The translations under genes were made by a program, and so were the position numbers. Of a stretch of DNA of 28,798 nt, positions 21,901 to 28,798 are shown piece by piece. The notes under the pieces were generated by a model. That model did not search any database, was not told the DNA's origin, and saw only the letters and a program-made list of their open reading frames with translations. Positions within the stretch are counted from its first letter, which is position 1. Every line of letters starts with the position of its first letter. The stretch is from Fonticula alba ATCC 38817 (Eukaryota; Protista; Nucleariida), in assembly GCA_000388065.2 (NCBI GenBank), contig KB932216.1, one strand, 5' to 3'.

Positions 21901-24735
21901 GGCGCCAGGGCCTGCAGGGATGCCCCCAGGGGCGGGTGGAACCGGGTGGGGATGGAGGCATTCTGGATGAACACATCCCACGGCATGGTGGCCGGGTTGC
22001 CCGGGGTGTGGCGCTCGCCGTAGAGCCACTCCCGGGTGTGGCCGGTGACCGGGTTCCGGCGGGTTGCCACGACCACGGTCTGGGCCCCGCGGAAGGGCTG
22101 CAAAATGGCATACAGGTGGGTGTTGTCCGGCTGGAAGGCGAAGACGCTGACATTCAGGCCGATGGATGCCGGGTTGAATTTGAGGAAGCGCACGGGCTTG
22201 CTCAGCCAGCCGGGGTTGAAGAAGCCCACCACTTGGAGCGGGCACTCGTCGGCGGGCCGGTCGCCCGGCAGGGTGCAGCTCAGGGCCACGATGCGAGTTT
22301 CCAGCTCCCGGAGCTCCAGCACCAGGCACAGGTACACGGTCTTGCCCTGCATCAGGGGGCCGGCCTCGGCGATTTGGTTGATCTCATTGACGGCCGGCAG
22401 GCCGGTGACCGCGGTGACCGACAGCCCGGGCGCCGACCCGTGGCTCAGGGCGTCCAGCTTGAGCATGCCATAGGTCCCCCCCTCGAGGCCGGCCAGGATG
22501 GACGTCGGCCCCGGGGCCTGGACCGAGGCATTGGACACGTGGAGGTGGCCATTCTTCAGGTAGGCGACCGAGGTGCAGGTGGACAGGACCCGGGTGCTGG
22601 CGGTCTGGCCATTGGCCAGGCCGTTGGCGTGGATATCCAGCCGGGCCAGGGATGTGGGGATGCACACCTGGCCCTGGGGCTGGGTGTCGGCCGGGCAGGT
22701 GGCCATGCAGGCGTCCGCCTGGGCGTGGGCATTTCGCACGAGCAGCAGCCCCGCGTGGCAGGCGGCGCACTGGAAGCCATCGTCGGTGCAGGTGCGGCAG
22801 CCGGCCACCTGGCAGGGGCGGCACTCGACTGTGTGTCGGGGGGGGGGGTGGGGGGGGGTGGGGGAGATGAGATGCGAGTGCCGGGTGCCGGGTGCCGGGT
22901 GTCGGGTGCCGGGTGCCGGGTGTCGGGTGCCGGGTGTCGGGTGCCGAGTACCAAGTGTAGAGCATCGAGTCCCGAGTGCCGGGTACCAAGTGCCGAGTGT
23001 CGAGGGCCGAGTACCAAGTGCCGAGTGTCGAGTGTCGAGTGTCAAGTCCCAAGAATCGAGTGCCGAGTGCCGAGTGTCAAGTCCCAAGAATCGAGTATCA
23101 GGTGTCGAGCATCGAGCCCCGAGTCCCGAGCCCCAAGCCCCGAGTCCCGAGTCCCGAGTATCGAGTCCCGAGTCCCGAGTATCGAGTATCGAGTCCCGAG
23201 TATCGAGTCCCGAGTCCCGAGTATCGAGCCCCGAGTTGCGAGTGCCGAGTATCGAGTCCCGAGTACCAAGTATCGAGTATCAAGCGACAAATAGCCGCAA
23301 AGCAGGCGCCAGGGATGTTAGCATCATAGCCATGACAGGATGCGCGGCAGGGCGGAGGGGCCAAGAGGGACACCGTGCGCACAGCGATTGAGCGTGATGT
23401 AGGAGGGGAAGAAGCCGTCGGAGCACATGCCGCACAGCTCGTGCAGCGACTGGTGCAGGGTCGCCAGGCGATTGGGGGCGCAGCGCCAGGACCCGGCGGC
23501 CGGGTCGCACTCGATGGAGGGATCGGTGTCGCAGCGGAACTCCCGGTCCAGCATGTAGGCATGGCCGTCATGGACGATGACCCACTGCGCCGGCTGGTCC
23601 GGCTGCGGCAGCAGGGACAGCATGTGCGAGGTCCCCGGCGGGAAGGTCACCCCGGGGGGGCGGCCAACAGGCTGCCAGACCAGCTGCCCGGTGGTCGGGC
23701 CGGCATTCGGGTCCGGCGGCAGGTAGCCCACTCGCCAGAGGGCGTGGCTGTTGTGCACCAAATAGAGGAAGCCACTGGGCCGGGGGGTGTCCTGCAGCCG
23801 GGGAACGAGGTGCGTCCGGAGGCTTTGGCGATCTTGCGGCAGGGCCGGCGATTCGAGCAGGTACTCCCAGGTGCCGGCGGTGGCGTCGAGGCCCACATAC
23901 ACCAGCAGCTGCGAGGTGGTGGTGACGATGAGGTCCATCTTGTGGCTCTCCGAGGAGAGGAAGCGCGTGGCCGCCATGCCGACCACCGGCTGGCTGGTGG
24001 CCACCGCCTCCGGCGACTTGTCCGGGCGAATCCACACCCAGCCGGCATTGGTGCTGGCCATGAAGAAGCTGCCCGGGAGCCCGGCGGTGCCGGGAGCCCG
24101 GACATTGGGGATGCTGCCGCCGAGGGCAAGCCAGCCGGTGCCATTCCACCGGATGACCTGGCCCACGGTCGCGGTGGTGGTCTTGACCAGGACCAGGGCC
24201 CGGGCCTCATCGCCGAGGGTGCTGGCGCTGGCGGCCAGGAGGTCCAGCGTGGCCCCGGGGACAGGGGCGTAGGCGTGCGCCATTCCGGCCGAGGCAATCA
24301 GCAGGTTGTTGGTGCTTTGCCAGATGAACAGCGGCGATGCCCGAGTGGAGGACAGGACGTGCACCGGGCCGGTGGGCTCGGTGGCCGATGGGGGGAAGCT
24401 GCCCTCCTTCGAGCCGGACCGGCTGAAGTACTGGCCCAGGCGCGGGTCCCAGCCGGCCTCACGGGGGGCCGCCATCTGGATGTGGGTCTTCCAGCTGGTC
24501 TTGGTCAGGTGGATGCATTGCATTTCCTCCCTCGGGGTGGCCCGGCTGTAGACCCCCGCGCAGTTGACCACGTCCGGCGTCGGGAGCAGGTACAACGGGC
24601 CGGCCACCAGGTCCCCGACCTGCACGGCCAGGGCGCCGGCATTGTGGCCGACGGCCACAAGCAGCAGCAGCAGCAACCCCAGCAGGGGGCGGAGGAGGGG
24701 CCGGCGGCGTCGGGGCGGGTCGGGGCGCGGAGGGC
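15912..24735 (-). CDS. Single-pass receptor-like TKL Ser/Thr kinase with ~24 furin-like (growth-factor-receptor) Cys-rich repeats, ~2,430 aa; at least 7 exons, start codon unresolved
   Basis: Phase-consistent minus-strand exons: 24735-23374 (RRRRPLLRPLLGLLLLLLVAVG signal, ~450-aa domain), 22828-17996 (furin repeat, ~440-aa domain, ~23 CxxCxxxCxxC units), 17439-17330 (TM: LGLGISFGLLLLLLLLALALFLLV-RLRR), 17217-17202 (16 nt), 17115-17089 (27 nt), 16978-16750 (LGTGGQASVF, VAIK, FQNEIALMW), 16614-15912 (HCDLKPAN, DFG, YAAPE, DVYS; TGA). Every intron is GT-AG with a CTRAC motif whose first visible downstream AG is the acceptor. No in-frame ATG upstream of the signal region, so a further 5' exon is implied. 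Confidence 0.88.
17443..17910. repeat. (GT)n/(CA)n intronic microsatellite interrupted by N gap 17535-17769
   Basis: Lies within predicted intron 17440-17995 of the receptor kinase. Confidence 0.9.
22878..23283. repeat. Heptamer minisatellite, 58 units (GTGCCGG / GTGCCGA / GTCCCGA / GTATCGA variants), intronic
   Basis: 406 nt of strict 7-bp periodicity inside predicted intron 22829-23373. Confidence 0.92.
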
Positions 24736-24846
24736 CTGTGTGCGCCAGAGGGAGGGAGGCGGAGACGGTGCGCCTGGCAAGCGGGGCCGGTGGTGGGCCG
24801 GGGGGGAGGGGGGGGGGGCGCGGAGGGCCTGTGTGCGCCAGAGGGA
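24722..24846. repeat. 32-bp direct duplication (24722-24753 and 24815-24846) containing a splice acceptor
   Basis: GGGGCGCGGAGGGCCTGTGTGCGCCAGAGGGA occurs twice, 93 nt apart; the minus strand of each copy contains GCGCACACAG|G. Confidence 0.85.
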
Positions 24847-26952
24847 AGGAAGGAGGCGGAGAGGGGCCGGGAGGGGGAGGGGCCGGCTAGTGTGCTATGT
24901 GCGTGCGCGCACGCGGGTGTGTAAGCGGAAACGGGGACGGGGGGAGGCTGTTGGGACAAATGAACACCCTCCGCCCGGTGCGGGGGCACGAAAATGGGAA
25001 CTTCGCAGGGGCGGCCCCGTTCCCGGATGGCGGGGGGCCGGGGGCCATCCCTCCCGGGTGGGTGTTTGTTGTTTTTTTTGCTTTCTCCCTCCCGGGCTCG
25101 CGGCGGCCGGGCGCCGGTACCCGGCGATGCCTGGCGTGCTGCCCGGGGGCCTCCAGCCGGGCGGCGCGCGCATGGACATCCCCCGGGGCGTTGGGCGGGC
25201 GCCGGCGCCGGCGGACCATGCCCTCGGCTGGAGGCCGGCGCGACCTGCCGCCGGGCGTGCTGCATGGCCACCGGCGCCCGGTGCGCCGGCTGGCCGAGAA
25301 AGAGCGTGGTTGGCCGGGCGCCGGTGCCCGACGATACCCGGCGCGCTGCCCCGGCCGGCGCGGCCCCGTGGCCCGGGCGAAGGTAAACAACGGCGCGCGG
25401 CCGGGAAAACGGTGGCCGACCGCGCGCCCATAGCCGCGCCAGATGGCCCGGCACATGTGGGACACCCTGCGCCCGGAGACCCGTCTGACTGGGAGGCATG
25501 GGCGCTCCCGGGAGGGGGGGGGGGGGGGGGCCCCCCGCCAGGGCAGCCGGGTGAGCCATCATCACCCATCGAGCACCCGACGAAAGTCGTCTGGCGCGCG
25601 GCGGCGGCGGCGGCGGCGGCGGCGGCCGAGGAGCGTGGCCCCGGCCCGGCGGCGGGGCCAGCCCGCGAAGCCGGCTCCTCAGCTCACAACCCGTGTGCCG
25701 GGGGGAAAATGGCCGCCACCGGGCGGAGCACGCCGCGAGGGGTGCTGCATGGCCGGGGCAGCCCCCCGAGCGCGCAGGGGGCTGGCCGGTAATCGGCATT
25801 CGTGGGGCGGCAGGTCGGGCGCCGGGGGGTGTGCGCGGGCACCCGGGGCAGGCTGGTCCGGCCGCCCCCCCCCCCCCCACCTGGGCGCGCTCCGGGGCCC
25901 GGGCTCGATTGGTCTCTCGGCGGCGGGATGCGCCGGGCCCGGATGAGGCCGCCGAGGGCAGGGAAGTTCACCGCCCTGGGGGCAGGGTCTTTTCCGGGCG
26001 GCGGCGCCCGGGCGCGATGACGGGCGCGTGGCGAGAAAAGACAATAACAAGCAGCTGGCATTTTCGGCGGCGGATCGGGGAAAAGCCCCACCACCGGGGG
26101 GGAATGTGTGCCGGAGTTCTGGAGTTCCGGCTCCGGCGCCGAGGGGCACGTGCGCCGTCCTGGCGCGCGCCCCAGGCCGTGATCATGCCCGGCGAGGTGC
26201 GTGCAGGGGGGGCCGGGGACGGGCCGGCGCTCGCCGTCTCGGGGATATATTGCCACGCCATCGGCGGCGCGCCCGGCTCCCCCCTGGAGGGACTCATTTC
26301 CGGCGGCCAACACGCCGGCCCGGGCCGGGGGGTCGCCACCATGCGGGGGTATCTGGTCACGCGAAGGGCCGCCGATTCGCCAACTCGCGCCCGGGCCGCC
26401 GGATAAGGTGCTCACCGATCGGGCCCCCGGTGACGCCGGCCGCCGGCCGGACATGCCGGTGCACGGGCGGGCTCCCCCCCCCCCCCCCCCCCCGGGGGGA
26501 GGGGCCGGCAAGGAGCCGCGCGTCGGTGCGTACGAGCCGGCGCGAAGGGGCGGAGCCGGCTGGAGCGGGGCCGGGCGTCAGGGTGCGGTCACGGCGGTGC
26601 CACTCGCGGAGCGAGGACCGCATCCGGTGGGTATCGCGGCACGAGGGCATCCTCCCGCAGCGCGCATGGAGGGGCTCCATCGGAAAAAAGTGTGTGCTCC
26701 CATGCCGGCGGTCGCCTCCACTCCCACCACCCCCCGGGCGGGGATGCTGGGCCCAGCTCACCGGGCTCCACCGGGCGAGGCGCGCGCTGCCGGCCACACA
26801 CGAGCCGAGATTATGGCCCGGGGCCGGCGAGAGCAGCCCACCCCTCGGCCCGCGTCGGCCATTTGTCCGAGCGGGGGCCCCCTTCAGGCGCCGGTGGTGG
26901 CCGGGAAGGCGCCGGCGGCGAGGGGCCTGTTCCCGGCCGGGGGGCCGGGGGG

Positions 26953-27018
26953 GCGAGGGACCGGTACCCGGGACGTGAGCGACCGGTACCCGGGGCGCGA
27001 GGGACCGGTACCCGGCCT
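26953..27018. repeat. 22-bp tandem repeat x3 with invariant core GACCGGTACCCGG
   Basis: Cores at 26959, 26981 and 27003, ~370 nt upstream of the ATG at 27381. Confidence 0.88.
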
Positions 27019-27380
27019 CGGCCGCGGGGCGTCGGGACACAGCATGCCCTCGGCGGCCATGCATGTGTGTGTTGTGGCTATGTCGGCGGCGCGCGCGCGC
27101 GCGCGGTGCTGGGCGTGCCCTTTAAAGGGTCCCCCGGCCGAGGGGGGAGCGAGAGCCCGGGCCATCTGGAAGACACACCGCTTTCGAAAGTTCCAACACC
27201 CCATCTCTCTCTCTCTCTCTCTCTTCGAGCGACGCGTCGCCCTCTTTGTCACCGCGGTGTGCACGCATTGCACACGGTCCCCCTTTCGATCGGCCCCGCG
27301 AGCCCGCGCGCATGCCCGAGCGCTCCTCGGCCCTTTGGCCGCGCCTTTCGGCCGCTTGCCGGCGCCCGCCCGCCGTGCAC

Positions 27381-28761
27381 ATGGGCCCCAGTGCGCCCGG
27401 CCACCGAGGCACGGCCATCGGCCGCGCCGTCGGCCTGGCGGCCGGCCTGCTGGCGGCGGTGCTGGCGCTGGCGGCGGAGCCGGCCCGGTCGCAAATGCCC
27501 CCGCCCTCGGGGCTGCCGGACATCTACCTCTACCGGCCGCTGGCGTCCATGACGCGAGCCCAGGGCCCCATACAGGTGGTCACCGCGCCGGGGGAGCTGT
27601 CGGTGCTGGTCCGGCAGGGCGACCCGGCCGTGGTGGAGGTGTATGACCAGCACGATGCGCTGGACGTGCTGCCGGAGTACCGGCTCGGGTCCTTCTTCGG
27701 GCCGGTGCCCCGGGAGACGGTGGTGTGCCCGCGAGGGGGCGGGGCCGACGCGGGGAGCCGGGTCCTGGCGCTGCCGGTGGCCGGGACCCGGACCCCGGCC
27801 CTGGTGCAGCACACCGCCCAGTGGCTGGCCCTGTTCGAGTCGGCGACCGAGCACCCGCTGCCGGGGCCGGGGACGGAGATCCTGCGCGGGCTGGCCGCCG
27901 GGGTGCACGAGGTGGACCTGCTCGGGGTGACCGGCGTGCCGGGGCAGCCGAAGCAGGGCCGGCTGTTCCTCGGCCGGCTGACGGCCGCCGGGCTGGCCGT
28001 GCGGCCGGTCGACATGCCGGTGGCCCTGCCGGTGCTCACGGCCACCGGGACCCGGGGGCACTTCTATGTGGCCGAGGAGGATGTCCTGCACAGCATCGCC
28101 CTGGCGGCGGACGGCACGGCCGTGGTGGCTACCATGCCGCTGTCGGACACCGTCGTCAGCATGGTGACCACGCGGCTGGTGTCGACGGTGGCCCAGTGCC
28201 CGGACCATGCGGATGTGGTGGTGGCCACGGCCGACGGCCGGCTGCGGGTGCTGCCCTGCCACGGGGGCAGCCAGCCCGGGCCGGAGCTGGAGGCCGAGGT
28301 GCCGGAGTGGCTGCTCTGGGTGCAGAACACCCTGATGGCCGTGGGGCCGGCCTCGCTGGACCGGCCGGCCGGGTTCTTCTTCTACCGGTCGCCCGGGGAG
28401 GATTTTTACGACCGGCCGTATGTGTGGCGCGTGAGCGTCAGCCCGGCCGGCGGGGAGCTCCTTTGGCAGCGCGTGGTCCTGTATGACCTGTATGTGGAAA
28501 TGTATGCCATGGGCCGGTTCCGCACCTCGGAGGCCGGCCCCTGGGATTGGCTGGTGTTCGATGGCCGGCGGGTGCTCTTCGACATGGCGACCTTGCGGTG
28601 CGCCGCCGACCGGAGCATCGTCTGCGACGGGCCGCTGGGCGGGTACACCGACACGCACAATGCGTTCGAGTGCGCCGAGGGGCACGGCGCGTCGCCCTTC
28701 TCGCAGCCGGGCAAGCTGTGCGGCGCGTGCGGCATTCTTTGGTATTTGGATCGTCCTCCGG
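27381..28761 (+). CDS. First exon (460 codons) of a secreted/surface protein paralogous to the receptor kinase ectodomain; gene continues beyond the window
   Basis: Not in the ORF track because it has no stop. Open frame from ATG 27381: MGPSAPGHRGTAIGRAVGLAAGLLAAVLALAAEPARS-Q..., high GC3, ending LRCAADRSIVCDGPLGG...FECAEGHGASPFSQPGKLCGACGILWYLDRPP, then a phase-1 donor GTGCGT at 28762. Aligns by eye with exon 24735-23374 (VVSMVTTRL/VVGMAATRF; RPAGFF/RPSGFL; VWRV..GELLWQ/LWRV..GQLVWQ; RCAADRSIVCD/RCDTDPSIECD; LCGAC/LCGMC). Confidence 0.85.
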
Positions 28762-28798
28762 GTGCGTGCCGGTGTCCCGGGGGGGGGGGGGGGGGGGG

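Noticed and set aside
22878-23283. Regular periodic arrays (also 1917-2204 and 26953-27018) as CRISPR
   Set aside because: Short tandem units without unique spacers, intronic or promoter context, eukaryotic locus, no cas genes.
18924-23294. 1456-aa plus-strand ORF and other long overlapping ORFs
   Set aside because: Antisense or alternate-frame shadows of the GC3-rich receptor kinase exon.
27183-27193. GAAAGTTC as a heat-shock element
   Set aside because: Only two correctly spaced nGAAn units; a functional HSE normally needs three.
27249-28685. 478-aa minus-strand ORF
   Set aside because: Antisense shadow; the frame with signal peptide and paralog similarity is on the plus strand from 27381.

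Overview
Very GC-rich, intron-containing eukaryotic scaffold with three N gaps; no prokaryotic, CRISPR or mobile-element signature is visible. The gene content, especially a receptor TKL kinase with a large furin-like Cys-rich ectodomain, resembles my recollection of the amoeba Fonticula alba or a relative; this is inference, not a database result. Supported genes: (1) a 4-exon + strand P-loop NTPase of the plant LPA1 / archaeal 2-phosphoglycerate kinase family (388-3026); (2) tRNA-Lys(CTT) on the minus strand (4031-4103); (3) an intronless 248-aa secreted orphan with 14 Cys (9290-10036, minus) and a TATA box upstream; (4) a ~2,430-aa single-pass receptor kinase on the minus strand (15912 to at least 24735; start codon unresolved) with two uncharacterised ectodomains, ~24 furin-like repeats, two micro-exons and a non-RD (HCD) kinase; (5) the first exon of a paralogous surface protein transcribed divergently (27381 onward, truncated by the window). 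Main unexplained patterns: all nine predicted introns carry a CTRAC branch motif ~50-110 nt after the donor, with tandem-repeat expansions filling an AG-free zone behind it; the head-to-head receptor paralogs share a CCGGTACCCGG motif; and a secreted Cys-rich orphan lies next to a non-RD receptor kinase. Most long ORFs in the supplied track are GC-driven antisense or frame shadows.
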